Shown piece by piece: positions 19,849-32,092 of a stretch of 64,000 nucleotides of DNA. The notes under the pieces are model-generated. The model had not been told where the DNA came from. It ran no database searches and was given only the letters and a program-made list of their open reading frames with translations. The DNA is from Campylobacterota bacterium (GTDB lineage Bacteria; Campylobacterota; Campylobacteria; Campylobacterales; Thiovulaceae). The stretch spans positions 79,620 through 143,619 of the forward strand of contig JASKOM010000005.1 in the NCBI GenBank assembly GCA_030152305.1, written 5' to 3'. Position 1 is the stretch's first letter; every line of letters begins with the position of its first letter. The translations under genes were made by a program, and so were the position numbers.

Positions 19849-20280
19849 TTATTTGCCACTATTTACTTGAGCAGTATGTGGGTGTTCAGCACCTTTATAA
19901 ACTTTAAGTTTTTTCAACATTTCTCTAGCAAGATTTGTTTTTGGTAACATACCTCGTGTAGCTACTTTGAATAATTTTTCTGGATTTGACTGAAATAATT
20001 TTTCAAGTGTTTCTGTTTTAACACTTCCAAAATATCCAGAATGTCTGTGATATTTTTTATTTTCCATTTTATTATTTCCGTTAAATACAGCTTTTTCTGC
20101 ATTAATAACAATTACATAATCGCCACAATCAACATGTGGTGTGTAATATGGCTTATGTTTTCCTCTTAAAAGAGTAGCAACTTGAGTTACGATTCGACCA
20201 AAAGTTTGACCTTCTGCATCAAGAACGATCCACTCTCGTTTTACTTCTTCTTTTTTTATACTCTTTGTGAATTTTTCCAT
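19849..20280 (-). CDS. rplM: 50S ribosomal protein L13
   Basis: [45 protein letters not shown]. Confidence 0.95.
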   Translation of the reverse strand: MEKFTKSIKKEEVKREWIVLDAEGQTFGRIVTQVATLLRGKHKPYYTPHVDCGDYVIVINAEKAVFNGNNKMENKKYHRHSGYFGSVKTETLEKLFQSNPEKLFKVATRGMLPKTNLAREMLKKLKVYKGAEHPHTAQVNSGK

Positions 20281-20374
20281 CGATCAAAAAGTCCTCTTAA
20301 AAATTTTAGTTCTCGAATTATATTATCTTATAGCTTATATTTAACTTAAATTAAGTTTTATATAAGTTAAAAAA

Positions 20375-21724
20375 TTATATATCAATTATAAATGTTTTGT
20401 AATTTGTATATAAAACATTAGCACCGTTTTGAATACGAACAAATTTTCTACGAGTTGCATCGATTAATAATTTATCACCATGAGAAAAACTTGATTTCGA
20501 AACAGAAAGTTTTGCCAATAATTTAGCTGATTCATATAAAATATGTTCGCTAATTTCACGGCGATCAGTATTAATAATCATATGAGCTGATGGACGGTCT
20601 TTTAAATGCAACCACCAATCATTTGCCTTGCTTCGTTCCAATAAATTTATATTTCCTTTTTCATTTCGTCCGAGCATAATTTTATAGCCTTCAATCCAAA
20701 AAATCTCAATTGGCTCATCTTGTTGAACGGCTTCGCGAGTTTTTTCACTTTCTCGACCAGTTAAAATAGCAATTTCTTCTAAACTTTTTGAATTATCAAT
20801 TGCAAATAATAATTGCTCAAAAAAATCTAATTTGCGATTAATCGAATTAATTTCTATTGATAAATTTTCGCTTTTTTTTCTAAGCCGTCTTGCATTGTGA
20901 AAAAATATTTTTGCCATATGCGAATTATCTTTTGCTTCGGTAGGTCGTTTAAAACTAATTGGCAAACCGTTAAAATCAACTGTTTCAATAATCGAATTAT
21001 ATTCATCAATCATATAAAAATTAGCTAAAACTATTTCACCATATTTATTAAACTCGTCAGCTCTTGCCGAAACAGTTTCTTTACTTTCAAATTCTGCAAG
21101 ATGTTTTTTTAAACGATCTCTTTTTTCTTCAATAATTTTTTTAGCACGATTTTTTTCTCTTGTTAAATTTATATTTAATAAATTAAAATAATTTTCAAGT
21201 AAAAAATTATCGATATTTTCAATTTGTTGATCGGGTATTAAAAAATTAAAGTTTGGAGCTGGAGGATTTTCTAATTTTTCACCAACTTTTACATATCTAA
21301 CAGACTGAAATTCAGAAACATGATTTAATGCTTCTATAATTATATTATCTTCGTTTAATATAATTATATTTGTATGTTTTCCTGTAAATTCAAACTGAAT
21401 AGATGAGTTTGTGATTTTATATTTATTCATTAATTGAACATCAATTTTAATAATTTTATCGTTATTTATTATTTCTATTTTTGATATTTTTGCTTTGTTT
21501 AATCTATTTGATAGCTGAATATCAAAAGGACGATTAAACTGATTTTGTCGAAGATCGTTATCTTTTTTATATATAAGACTCTCGCCTCGTTTCATATAAA
21601 AATATATATTATTTTTATAATCAAATTCTATTTTTAATGTAAATTGGTCAATTCTATAAATTGATTCTATTTTTTTGAATTTTTGTAGATATTTGACAAT
21701 TTCTAATAATTGCCAGTATTTCAT
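20375..21724 (-). CDS. NFACT-family protein (FbpA-like N-domain + DUF814/NFACT-R)
   Basis: The C-terminal WWLHLKDRPSAHMII motif is typical of NFACT-R. Confidence 0.65.
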   Translation of the reverse strand: MKYWQLLEIVKYLQKFKKIESIYRIDQFTLKIEFDYKNNIYFYMKRGESLIYKKDNDLRQNQFNRPFDIQLSNRLNKAKISKIEIINNDKIIKIDVQLMNKYKITNSSIQFEFTGKHTNIIILNEDNIIIEALNHVSEFQSVRYVKVGEKLENPPAPNFNFLIPDQQIENIDNFLLENYFNLLNINLTREKNRAKKIIEEKRDRLKKHLAEFESKETVSARADEFNKYGEIVLANFYMIDEYNSIIETVDFNGLPISFKRPTEAKDNSHMAKIFFHNARRLRKKSENLSIEINSINRKLDFFEQLLFAIDNSKSLEEIAILTGRESEKTREAVQQDEPIEIFWIEGYKIMLGRNEKGNINLLERSKANDWWLHLKDRPSAHMIINTDRREISEHILYESAKLLAKLSVSKSSFSHGDKLLIDATRRKFVRIQNGANVLYTNYKTFIIDI

Positions 21725-21817
21725 ATTTAAATTTAACTTTTTATTTTAATTTTGTTGTTTGAGAAGATAATATTTTGGGAGATCCCCCGAAAACGGGAGA
21801 CAAAAAAGAATAGTTAA

Positions 21818-22474
21818 TTATTTTATAACTTTAATTTCGATTCGTCGATTTTTATCACTTTTTTTATGTTTTGCATCTACGAAATTTGATTCACCATGTC
21901 CAACTGCTGTAATTCTTGAAGCTTCAACACCTTGTTTAACAAGGTAGCTTTTAACAAGGTTAGCTCGTTGTTTAGAAAGTTGAAGATTTCGTTTTTCTTT
22001 ACCGATTGCATCTGTATATGAATTAATTTCGATATTAACATTTTGGTGTTGTTTAAGAACAGAAGCTAATTTGTCAAGAGCAGCTTTCTTTTTCTTTGTT
22101 AATTCAACTTTACCAATTCTGATTTTATCGCTTTTAATATCTTCAGCACCGTCAAGTTCTGATAAAGCCGCTGATGCTTCTTGAACTAAATTATCAACAG
22201 CAGAATCTATTTCTGTGTTTTGAACAGGTTGTGATTGCATTTGTTCATCTTGTTCAGCTTTTAATCGAGCCGCTTCTTCAGCTGCTTTTCGAGCTTCTTC
22301 TTCAGCTGCTAATCGAGCCGCTTCTTCAGCTGCTTTTCGTTCAGCTTCAGCTTTTTCTTTAGCCATTTGTGCCTGTTTTGCAACTTCCGCAGCCTCTAAA
22401 TCTGCTTTATTCGAGCAACCGCTCATAAATAGGATAGCAAGTGCTGTTGCTATAAATGAAAAATTCTTGATCAA
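21818..22474 (-). CDS. OmpA-family lipoprotein
   Basis: Lipobox FMSGCS, Ala/Glu-rich linker, and an OmpA-C domain (NSYTDAIGKEKRNLQLSKQRANLVKSYL...NRRIEIKV). Confidence 0.8.
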   Translation of the reverse strand: MIKNFSFIATALAILFMSGCSNKADLEAAEVAKQAQMAKEKAEAERKAAEEAARLAAEEEARKAAEEAARLKAEQDEQMQSQPVQNTEIDSAVDNLVQEASAALSELDGAEDIKSDKIRIGKVELTKKKKAALDKLASVLKQHQNVNIEINSYTDAIGKEKRNLQLSKQRANLVKSYLVKQGVEASRITAVGHGESNFVDAKHKKSDKNRRIEIKVIK

Positions 22475-22484
22475 CTGATCACTC

Positions 22485-23480
22485 CTAAATAAATTTTACA
22501 GTGCCATCGCCACTGATCATTTTACCTATCATATAGCCATCACTGTTTGATAGAATTGTATCAACATTTTTCTTAGAAACCAATAAGATCATTCCAATTC
22601 CCATATTAAAAGTTTTGAACATCTCATTTTCATCAACATATTGACTCATAAATTTAAAAATTGGAAGCTGTTTAATTTTCTCTTTTTCAATTTCAGCAGT
22701 TAAATTTTCTGGAAATACTCGTGGTAAATTTCCTTCGATTCCGCCACCTGTTATATGAGCAAGAGCATTAATTTCATTTTTAAATTTTTTAAATTCTTTA
22801 ACATAAATTCTAGTTGGAGTTAAAAGAGTATCTATTAAAGTGCCGTTTTCGAATTTATCATCAAATTTCATGCCTAATTTCGAGAAAAATAATTTTCTAA
22901 CTAATGAATAACCGTTTGAATGAATTCCGCTACTTGGAAGAGCAACGATTACATCGCCTTCATTTACATATTTTGTTCGATCGATTTCATTTTTTTCAGC
23001 GATTCCAACAGAAAAACCAGCTAAATCAAAATCACCTTCTGAATACATACTTGGCATTTCAGCAGTTTCACCACCGATTAAACTACATTCACCTTCGACA
23101 CAACCTTCAGCGATGCCTTTTATGACTTCTTTTGCATTTGCTACTTCAAGTTTTCCAGTTGCATAATAATCTAAAAAGAACATTGGAGTAGCAAAATTAC
23201 AAATTAAATCATTAACACACATTGCGACTAAATCTTTACCAACTGTGTCAAAACGATTTGAATCAATTGCTAATTTTAATTTCGTTCCAACTCCATCAGT
23301 TGATGCTAATAAAACTGGTTCTTTATAACCAGTTGGAAGTGCATAAGCTCCTGAATAAGAACCTATTCCACCAAGAACATTTTTATCAAAAGTCTTTGCG
23401 ACAAATGGTTTAATTTGTTCAACTAAATCATCACCAGCATCGATATCGACACCTGCATCTTTATAACTTATTTTGCTCAA
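22485..23480 (-). CDS. purM: Phosphoribosylformylglycinamidine cyclo-ligase (AIR synthetase)
   Basis: YKDAGVDIDAG N-terminus and full-length PurM pattern. Confidence 0.9.
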   Translation of the reverse strand: MSKISYKDAGVDIDAGDDLVEQIKPFVAKTFDKNVLGGIGSYSGAYALPTGYKEPVLLASTDGVGTKLKLAIDSNRFDTVGKDLVAMCVNDLICNFATPMFFLDYYATGKLEVANAKEVIKGIAEGCVEGECSLIGGETAEMPSMYSEGDFDLAGFSVGIAEKNEIDRTKYVNEGDVIVALPSSGIHSNGYSLVRKLFFSKLGMKFDDKFENGTLIDTLLTPTRIYVKEFKKFKNEINALAHITGGGIEGNLPRVFPENLTAEIEKEKIKQLPIFKFMSQYVDENEMFKTFNMGIGMILLVSKKNVDTILSNSDGYMIGKMISGDGTVKFI

Positions 23481-23498
23481 AATTTTCCTTATAATTTA

Positions 23499-23807
23499 TT
23501 AATTAGCCCCGAAAAATTCGAGAGCTTCTTTAACTTGTTCCAAACCTTTTTGAGTTAATAAACCATTTTCAAATAGCTTTTTATCTCGCAAAATTTTCAA
23601 AGTATTTTTCGATTCTTTTATATTTTTAAAAGCACCTATTTCTGCTAATTCAACTAAAAGATCATTAATAGAACGATCAGAAGATTTTCTATAAAGAGCT
23701 AATAATAAAACTCGCTCTAAAAGAATTTCTTCTGAATTATTATCTATTTTTAATTTTTTGTTACCGTGATTAGACGATATCATTCTCGATCTGTTTTTCT
23801 CGTTCAT
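23499..23807 (-). CDS. Hypothetical protein (start uncertain)
   Basis: ORF only. It overlaps the upstream chemoreceptor gene by 38 nt if the annotated start is used. Confidence 0.35.
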   Translation of the reverse strand: MNEKNRSRMISSNHGNKKLKIDNNSEEILLERVLLLALYRKSSDRSINDLLVELAEIGAFKNIKESKNTLKILRDKKLFENGLLTQKGLEQVKEALEFFGAN

Positions 23808-24897
23808 CCATAACTTTATTTAAAGTTTCGAATACTAATGATGTTGAACCTTCAAGTTCTCTTGCAAGAGATGCAAATTGTTTATTTGGTTTATGCTCTT
23901 TTGTTAATTCAGCGATTTTATCGAGAATATCATGTAATTGTCGATGAGGTGATTCTAATCTTGAGAATGAACTTGATCGTGAAAACTCTTTTCGAGTAAC
24001 ATCGTTATTCATCCAACTTCCAAGTGTGCAGTGATTATAAGCTTCAATATGTTTCATATGTGAATGACCATACATAGCTTGATATGCAAATATTTTATAT
24101 TGAACATGTTCGATTTTAACAAGATTTGAAACAATATGGTTTCTTACCATGTTTTGAGTTTCTGAAATTTCTGTTGCATAATTAATTGCTGTTGCAAGAA
24201 TAGCATCAAGCCCTTGAACTTTATCAGTAGCTGTGTTCATATTTTGTAACATACTTTCTGATTTAGTTGTAATATCTTGAATTTCTTGTTGAATAGCTTG
24301 AATAACAATAGAAATTTCACCGATAGCTTTTTGAGTTCGGTCGGCAAGTTTTCGAACCTCATCGGCAACAACTGCAAAACCTCTACCATGTTCGCCAGCT
24401 CGTGCTGCTTCGATAGCTGCATTAAGTGCTAATAAATTAGTTTGTTCAGCGATATCTTTAATTAGTGAAATAATCGAGTTAATTTCTGTTGCTCGGCTAG
24501 AAAGACTTTCGATAGAACTATTTGAATCGTTTGATAATTCAACAAGACCAGACATATTACTTGTAATTTGTTCAATACTTTCACTTGCATCAATAGCACT
24601 GTCTTTAATAGAAAGCGATTCTTTAAGAACTTTAGTAGCCATTTCAGCACTTTCGCTTAGTCTATCTTTCATATCTGCAAAAGATTCATTTAAATTAAAA
24701 TTTTGATCTTCAACAAGAGAAGCGATCATATCTTGAAAAGTTTCACCTTTTGTATTGATTCTTTTTTCTAATCTTTCATTTTCGCCTCGAAGTTTTGAAA
24801 TTTCATCTTCGCTACTTCTAAGTTTATGTTTTAAGCCTTCATTTTCACGAATTAATTCTTCGTAATTAGAACCACCACCTGATCCAAAAAATCCCAT
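23770..24897 (-). CDS. Soluble methyl-accepting chemotaxis protein with C-terminal CZB zinc-binding domain (TlpD-like)
   Basis: No TM segment. MCP signalling core ([31 protein letters not shown]). CZB signature H...C.LGSWM...H...H. Confidence 0.8.
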   Translation of the reverse strand: MGFFGSGGGSNYEELIRENEGLKHKLRSSEDEISKLRGENERLEKRINTKGETFQDMIASLVEDQNFNLNESFADMKDRLSESAEMATKVLKESLSIKDSAIDASESIEQITSNMSGLVELSNDSNSSIESLSSRATEINSIISLIKDIAEQTNLLALNAAIEAARAGEHGRGFAVVADEVRKLADRTQKAIGEISIVIQAIQQEIQDITTKSESMLQNMNTATDKVQGLDAILATAINYATEISETQNMVRNHIVSNLVKIEHVQYKIFAYQAMYGHSHMKHIEAYNHCTLGSWMNNDVTRKEFSRSSSFSRLESPHRQLHDILDKIAELTKEHKPNKQFASLARELEGSTSLVFETLNKVMDEREKQIENDIV

Positions 24898-25103
24898 GTA
24901 ATTTTTCCTTTTTTTGAATTAAAATAATAAGAGCAAATCTTAGTTCGTGTTAAAAATCGTAAGACTTTGCATTCCAATATTTTACCGAAATAAGCAATAA
25001 AGCCTATGAGTCAAAGCTATTGGCAAAATAGACTTTGTTAGATGTGTGGTATACTTTTTTATAATAATATTTTCAAATTTTTATTATTTAGGTGGATTAG
25101 TGT

Positions 25104-25973
25104 ATGAAAATAAAAAATAGACTGTTTATATTAGCAGTAATTATTAATTTTATTGGTTGTGGTTCGAACACATCAACTACATTTCAAGAAAATCAAGAAA
25201 ATGAACAAAACAAAACTCAAAATCAAGAGATAAATCAAACAAATCCAACGACAGATAATCAAAATAACAGTGATCTTAATCAATCAGATCAAATTAATAA
25301 TAATCTTGATGATAAAGTTGAAAATGAAAATCAAGAAGATCAATTAAAACTTTTGAATTTATTAAAAATTTCTGAATTAAAAATTGACAACACAGAAATA
25401 ATAATACAAAACGGAAATTTCAGAGAGATAAATATTTCTTCAATGAATAAATTAACTTTTCGTATCGATGAAATAAATTTATCTACATCGACTTTAACAA
25501 AACCGATAATTATTAGAATTGATGAAATAAATGAACTTAATGATACAAAATTTATTTTATCTTTTGAAAATATTATATATGCTAATAATAATTTATCGCT
25601 AGAAAATTTAAAACAATTAAATATGTTTGTTAAAAACGGAAATCAAAATTTATCATCAAATATTGGTATTTCAGACACTGAACGAAATAATATTATTAGT
25701 TATGATGGAATCATATTATCATTAGATGTATATAAAGCAATTGAACTTATTGCAAACAAATTAGGTAATGATATTTCTGCAACTGATTTTTTTAAAAACG
25801 GAAATAAATTTAATGCGACAGTTGGTTTTGCAGGATTTAAAAATATAAATAATTGTATAGATGTTAGTGAAATATTTTATAAAGGTTTTTCAAATGACTT
25901 TTTATCGGACATTAAAAATAAAGTTGAACAAAATAACACAACAGGATTTTTTGGATTAATTAATTTAATTTAA
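25104..25973 (+). CDS. Lipoprotein with Asn/Gln-rich low-complexity N-region
   Basis: Lipobox FIGCGS. Confidence 0.55.
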   Translation: MKIKNRLFILAVIINFIGCGSNTSTTFQENQENEQNKTQNQEINQTNPTTDNQNNSDLNQSDQINNNLDDKVENENQEDQLKLLNLLKISELKIDNTEIIIQNGNFREINISSMNKLTFRIDEINLSTSTLTKPIIIRIDEINELNDTKFILSFENIIYANNNLSLENLKQLNMFVKNGNQNLSSNIGISDTERNNIISYDGIILSLDVYKAIELIANKLGNDISATDFFKNGNKFNATVGFAGFKNINNCIDVSEIFYKGFSNDFLSDIKNKVEQNNTTGFFGLINLI

Positions 25974-26009
25974 CTAAATTATAAAAAAATATAAACAAAG
26001 GGCTTTTAT

Positions 26010-26975
26010 TTGAGTTTTAACGAAATAAAAAAAGATACAAATTTTAATATATTTGCAATTATCGGAGCAACAGCTTCAGGCAAAAGTAAAATCGCAATCG
26101 GTCTTGCTGAAAAATTAAATGCAAATATTTTATCTCTTGATTCGTTGGCGATTTATCGCGAAATAGATATCGCTTCGGCTAAGCCAACTAAAAACGAACT
26201 AGAACAAATTAAACATTTTGGAATCGATATTTTAAATCCTGATCAAAAATTTGATGCTCAATATTTTATAAAAATTTATAAAAATGCCATCGAAATTAGC
26301 CGACAAGAAAATAAAAAATTAATTATCGTCGGTGGAACAAGTTTTTATTTAAAAAGCTTATTGGTCGGTTTTTCGGAAGTGCCTGAAATCCATCAAAATA
26401 TAATTTCAGAACGAAATAATTTAATGGCGAATCTTGATGAAGCTTATAATTTTTTATATATTCACGATAAAAATTATGCTGAAAAAATCGGTAATAGCGA
26501 TAGTTATCGAATCGAAAAAGCAATTGATATTTTATTATCGACTGGGTTTTCTCCGACTGAATGGTTTTTAAAAAATCCGCCGAAACCTGTTATAAATTTT
26601 GATTTGCCAATTTTTAATTTAATCGCTCCACGGGAAAATATTCGCGAACGAATTAAATATCGAACGGCTGACATGATTAAAAACGGACTTATCGATGAGG
26701 TCGAAAATTTATTAAAAAAATATGGTCTTGAAATTCAGCCAATGAAAGCAATTGGCATAAAAGAGACTCTCCAATTTATAAATGGAGAGATAAAAAAAAT
26801 CGATGAATTGGAAAATTTAATTTCGATTCATACGGGGCAACTTGCAAAACGGCAAGAAACTTTTAATCGAACTCAATTTAAAAATTATCAAATAAAAGAT
26901 ATTTCTATTTTAAATTATATGCTCGAGTCATCTCTATTAGAATCTCATCTCGAGAAATTTTTTGAATATCATTAA
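26010..26975 (+). CDS. miaA: tRNA dimethylallyltransferase
   Basis: P-loop GATASGKS and full MiaA pattern. TTG start. Confidence 0.85.
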   Translation: MSFNEIKKDTNFNIFAIIGATASGKSKIAIGLAEKLNANILSLDSLAIYREIDIASAKPTKNELEQIKHFGIDILNPDQKFDAQYFIKIYKNAIEISRQENKKLIIVGGTSFYLKSLLVGFSEVPEIHQNIISERNNLMANLDEAYNFLYIHDKNYAEKIGNSDSYRIEKAIDILLSTGFSPTEWFLKNPPKPVINFDLPIFNLIAPRENIRERIKYRTADMIKNGLIDEVENLLKKYGLEIQPMKAIGIKETLQFINGEIKKIDELENLISIHTGQLAKRQETFNRTQFKNYQIKDISILNYMLESSLLESHLEKFFEYH

Positions 26976-27708
26976 TAAAAAGTAAATTCGCTCGAACACC
27001 TTGATAAACTAACATCATTGAACCGTCGCGAATTTCCAAACCCATTTCTTCGGCTAATTTTAAGAAAGCCGTTTTTTTATAAATTACATCAACGGCATAT
27101 TTAGCATTATTAAATATTTTTATTAAAATCTCTCGATTTATTGGCAAATCGTCGTTATTTTGCAAACCAGCCGAAGACACATTAACGACTAAATCATAAT
27201 AATTATTTGGCTGAAAATCTGACCAATCATATAATTTAATATTAAAATTTTTAAAATTATTTAATCTTTCACGACTTCGATTAACGATTTCAACTTCGTA
27301 ATTTTTATTTAAAAAACCAACTGTTAAAGCTCTTGCTGTTCCACCTGCACCGATAATTAAAACTTTTTTAATATTTTTAAAATCTTCGATCGAATCGAGA
27401 AATCCGTCAATATCTGTGTTATAACCAATTATTTTATCGCCTTCAGAAACAAGACAATTTACAGCTCCGATTTCTTTTGCTGAACCACGAACCTCATCGC
27501 AAATTTTAAAAGCAATTTCTTTATGAGGCACGGTAACACTTGCACCTGATAAATTTAATTCGTGATATTTTTCTTTTAATTTATATCCGTCAATTAATAA
27601 AGTTCTGTTAAAACGGGCATTTAAATTATATTTTAAAAAAATAGAATTATGAATAATCGGAGATTTTGAATGAGAAACTGGATCGCCAAATATCGTAAAT
27701 AATTTCAT
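26905..27708 (-). CDS. aroE: Shikimate dehydrogenase
   Basis: SKSPIIHN, NVTVPHK-like and GAGGTARA motifs. Confidence 0.85.
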   Translation of the reverse strand: MKLFTIFGDPVSHSKSPIIHNSIFLKYNLNARFNRTLLIDGYKLKEKYHELNLSGASVTVPHKEIAFKICDEVRGSAKEIGAVNCLVSEGDKIIGYNTDIDGFLDSIEDFKNIKKVLIIGAGGTARALTVGFLNKNYEVEIVNRSRERLNNFKNFNIKLYDWSDFQPNNYYDLVVNVSSAGLQNNDDLPINREILIKIFNNAKYAVDVIYKKTAFLKLAEEMGLEIRDGSMMLVYQGVRANLLFINDIQKISRDEILIEMTRAYNLK

Positions 27709-27725
27709 AATTAAAATTTATTATT

Positions 27726-29006
<1,281 letters not shown>

Positions 29007-29072
29007 TTATATCCATAACTTCTTATATTTGAGATTAGATTTTATGTAGATTATATCAGAAAGGAAATTTTT

Positions 29073-29501
29073 ATGGAAATTAGCAAAGCCCATGATTTTA
29101 TGGTTTCAGCACTCGATAACAGAGCAATTCGTCAAAAAATGATCTCTAGTAATCTGTCTAATATTGATACTCCGTTTTATCGTCCGCGAGATATTGCCTT
29201 TGAGAAAGTTCTTAGCGATGAGGTAAGTAAAACTTTTGATAACGAAAATAATAACGACGAGTTATATTTAGCAAAAACAACTGGAACACATTTAAATGGC
29301 GAAAGTGATTATCCTGAAAGATCAACAATGTTTTTTAGAGATGGACACGGATCAAGAAACGACGGAAATTCCGTTGATTTAGATGTTGAAACAACAGAAA
29401 TGGGAAAAAACTCAATGATGTTCAAAGCACTTACAACTTCATTACGAAAAGAATCGAACATATTTAGAGCTGTTATTGCTGGTTCTGAAAAAATTAGCTA
29501 A
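29073..29501 (+). CDS. flgB: Flagellar basal-body rod protein FlgB
   Basis: ISSNLSNIDTPFYRPRD rod-protein N-motif. Confidence 0.85.
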   Translation: MEISKAHDFMVSALDNRAIRQKMISSNLSNIDTPFYRPRDIAFEKVLSDEVSKTFDNENNNDELYLAKTTGTHLNGESDYPERSTMFFRDGHGSRNDGNSVDLDVETTEMGKNSMMFKALTTSLRKESNIFRAVIAGSEKIS

Positions 29502-30058
29502 TGTTTGTTTCGTTTCAAAATGATAAAACGATAAATGATATTAATCAAGAAGAATTATTAAATTTAAATATTAATATTAATGAAATAGTTGATTTGAATT
29601 TAAGAAACACAACGATTATTAATCTTGAAGGTTATTTTCCAGAATTAGCTATTTTAGATTTAAGAGATAGTTTTAATTTACAATTTGTAAATATTAATGC
29701 TCCAAAATTAAAAAGAATATTTTTAAGAAATTCAGTTGTTAAAAATTTAAATATAAAAAGTGAAATGCTTTATGATTTAAGTCTTAAAAAAGTTTTATAT
29801 TTATCGCAATTGGATTTAAACACTCCAAAGCTTGAATATGTGGAATTCGACACAGACGAACTAACAAATGAAATATTAGATAAATTATTAAATTTAGCAT
29901 CAATTAAAGCAGTTAATAATATTTATAATAAACAAATTCCAAAAGAGATCAAAATATTTAAATTATTTGAACATGAAATAAAATCAGGACACAAAGTTAC
30001 TGATTGTTCATGTTCGCTTTGTCAAATGGTTAAAAGTTCTGGTTTAATTTATCGTTAA
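29501..30058 (+). CDS. Leucine-rich-repeat protein, start overlapping the flgB stop (TAATG)
   Basis: Repeated L..L.L..-type units (LNLRNTTIINLEG, LAILDLRDSFNLQFVNI, LKRIFLRNSVVKNLNI...). C-terminal CSCSLC cluster. Confidence 0.5.
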   Translation: MFVSFQNDKTINDINQEELLNLNININEIVDLNLRNTTIINLEGYFPELAILDLRDSFNLQFVNINAPKLKRIFLRNSVVKNLNIKSEMLYDLSLKKVLYLSQLDLNTPKLEYVEFDTDELTNEILDKLLNLASIKAVNNIYNKQIPKEIKIFKLFEHEIKSGHKVTDCSCSLCQMVKSSGLIYR

Positions 30059-30122
30059 ATATAAAATAATATCCACCACTTTAAATTTATTAATATATTT
30101 TTAAAGTGGTTAAATAAATAGT

Positions 30123-30995
30123 TTATTTGCTCATAATTTCACGAACAGCTTTGCCAATATCCGCAGGTGAAACAACAACTTTAACACCAGCCGATGATAA
30201 AGCATTCATTTTTTCTTCCGCAGTTCCAGCTGAACCTGAAATAATCGCACCAGCATGACCCATTCGTTTTCCTTTTGGAGCAGTTTGACCAGCAATAAAT
30301 GCAACAACAGGTTTTGTAATATTATTTTTAATAAATTCGGCAGCTTGAATTTCAAGATCGCCACCGATTTCACCAATCATAACAATTCCATCAGTTTCAG
30401 AATCATCTTGAAACATTTGTAAAAGCTGTTTATACGAAAGTCCAATAATTGGATCTCCACCGATTCCAACAGCTGTCGAAATTCCAAAACCTTCTTGAAC
30501 GATTTGATTTGCTGATTCATAAGTCAAAGTTCCAGATTTCGAAATAAGACCGATTCGACCTTTTTTAAAAATAAAGCCTGGCATAATCCCGATTTTGCAT
30601 TCTTCAGCTGTGATAATTCCAGGGCAATTTGGTCCAATTGTCATCATATTTTTTTTAGTTGCATAAGCTTTTGCTAAGCCCATATCTCGAACTGGAGCAC
30701 CTTCGGTAATAATAACCGCAAGTTCAATACCAGCATCAGCGGCTTCCATAACGGCATCAGCAACAAAAGCAGGTGGAACAAAAATCATCGAAACAGTTGC
30801 ACCAGTTTTATTAACAGCTTCATAAACTGTGTTAAAAACAGGTTGATTTAAATATTCTGTGCCACCTTTTCCTGGTGTAACACCTCCGACAATTTTTGTG
30901 CCGTAGTCAAGACATTGACTAGCATGAAAAGTTCCCTCTTTTCCAGTGAAACCTTGAACGATAACTTTCGTATCTTTATTTACTAAAATACTCAT
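30123..30995 (-). CDS. sucD: Succinyl-CoA synthetase alpha subunit
   Basis: [24 protein letters not shown]. The ORF-track start at 31025 adds 10 residues read from the repeat element, so Met at 30995 is preferred. Confidence 0.9.
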   Translation of the reverse strand: MSILVNKDTKVIVQGFTGKEGTFHASQCLDYGTKIVGGVTPGKGGTEYLNQPVFNTVYEAVNKTGATVSMIFVPPAFVADAVMEAADAGIELAVIITEGAPVRDMGLAKAYATKKNMMTIGPNCPGIITAEECKIGIMPGFIFKKGRIGLISKSGTLTYESANQIVQEGFGISTAVGIGGDPIIGLSYKQLLQMFQDDSETDGIVMIGEIGGDLEIQAAEFIKNNITKPVVAFIAGQTAPKGKRMGHAGAIISGSAGTAEEKMNALSSAGVKVVVSPADIGKAVREIMSK

Positions 30996-31004
30996 TTTTA
31001 TATT

Positions 31005-31086
31005 CCAATCTATTTTACTTAACAATTGCTACATTTATGTATCAATTGCTAACTGCGAGTTTTGACTCGGGGAGATCTCCCAAAGC
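31005..31086 (-). repeat. Partial (3' half), inverted copy C of the ~196-bp repeat family
   Basis: The reverse complement reads GCTTTGGGAGATCTCCC-CGAGTCAAAACTCG-CAGTTAGCAATTG-ATACATAAATGTAGC-AATTGTTAAGTAAAATAGATTGG. It aligns with 37273-37355 and 52308-52390. Confidence 0.8.
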
Positions 31087-31224
31087 TTTCAACACTATGT
31101 TAAAAGCACCTAATTTTTGAATAACATATGAAATTACAACTGCTGGTCGTGCTTTATAAATATTTGAACTAGCAAACGGAAATTTAACGACGATAACATA
31201 ATATTTATTATAAATATTTGTCAT
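31042..31224 (-). pseudogene. Truncated MazF/PemK-like toxin (first ~46 aa only)
   Basis: YYVIVVKFPFASSNIYKARPAVVIS matches the PemK N-terminal beta-strands and K.RP motif. From residue ~47 the ORF reads into repeat copy C (ALGDLPESKLAVSN). Confidence 0.5.
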
Positions 31225-31420
31225 AAATAGTATCTTCTTCGTTGTTCCAAATTTTTTCTAAAGTATTTTCAGAAAGTCTATTAAACTCAACATCTTCATT
31301 TTTTACATTTTGTTCTTTCATAAACTTTGTAAAAAAATAGATCTCTTTTAAAATATCTTCAGATAAACTTTCAATTTCCATATGTAAAAAATCTCTTAAT
31401 TCTAAAGCACTCACAATCAA
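31208..31420 (-). CDS. Putative antitoxin (DUF2281-like)
   Basis: The pattern L..EIESLSEDILKEIYFFTKFMK...LSENTLEKIWNNEEDTIYDKYL is typical of small MazE-type/DUF2281 antitoxins. It overlaps the toxin remnant by 17 nt. Confidence 0.5.
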   Translation of the reverse strand: MIVSALELRDFLHMEIESLSEDILKEIYFFTKFMKEQNVKNEDVEFNRLSENTLEKIWNNEEDTIYDKYL

Positions 31421-31426
31421 ATTCCT

Positions 31427-32083
31427 TTATTTTTGCTCACAATATAAATTTTTAACAGCAATTAAATTTTTATAAATTTTCTTCAAATCTATTAATTTAA
31501 AACTATCAAAACTTTCCGAAATCGCATATTTATAACTTAAATTTTCAACTTTTTCTAAAACGATAAACTGCCAAATTGATCCATAAATAAAAGCACCTCG
31601 CATTAAATTATTATTTTTATTCAATTCGATAGCAACCATCATTTCGGCGAGAATTTGACCAATTGGATTACTTGCTTTAAAACTTTTTTTAAATGCTTGA
31701 ATAAAGAAAAAAGGATTTTTTGGTTCAAATTCACCACTTGCAACGATAAAATCAGTTGTGCCATTAAAAATAACACCGTTAATATTTGCCTTTATTTGTC
31801 GTTCATACCAATCTTTATAGCCATTGCCAACAAAAGATAATTCATTTAATATTAACGATATAAATTTCATTTTTATTTCTTCTTCACTAAATTCACCAAC
31901 TCGAAAACGATTTTCAGCTTCCAATTTTTTTAAAGTTTTTTCTAAAAAAATATTTTCATGTTCGGATAAATTATAATTAAAATCGAACCAATCATTAAAA
32001 TAAGACAAATTATTTATTAATTTTAAATTAACAATTTTTTCTAAATCAGAAATATTTACAGAAGAAAAATTAAGTTTTTTCAC
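31427..32083 (-). CDS. Hypothetical protein, possible degenerate PD-(D/E)xK fold
   Basis: GTTDFIVASG...FFIQAFKK resembles the HsdR-N/restriction-endonuclease-like core, but with Q in place of E. Weak evidence. Confidence 0.4.
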   Translation of the reverse strand: MKKLNFSSVNISDLEKIVNLKLINNLSYFNDWFDFNYNLSEHENIFLEKTLKKLEAENRFRVGEFSEEEIKMKFISLILNELSFVGNGYKDWYERQIKANINGVIFNGTTDFIVASGEFEPKNPFFFIQAFKKSFKASNPIGQILAEMMVAIELNKNNNLMRGAFIYGSIWQFIVLEKVENLSYKYAISESFDSFKLIDLKKIYKNLIAVKNLYCEQK

Positions 32084-32092
32084 AGGATTAAA

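Noticed and set aside
22230-22380. An internal nucleotide and amino-acid repeat (AEEAARLAAEEEARKAAEEAARLKAEQ) in the OmpA-family lipoprotein
   Set aside because: It is a simple Ala/Glu/Lys helical linker, common in OmpA/Pal-like proteins, not a distinct element.
26905-26975. A 71-bp convergent overlap between the miaA and aroE 3' ends
   Set aside because: Both ORFs are intact and recognisable. The miaA tail past about residue 300 is probably just run-on to the first stop in AT-rich sequence. Nothing suggests a regulatory or antisense function beyond chance.
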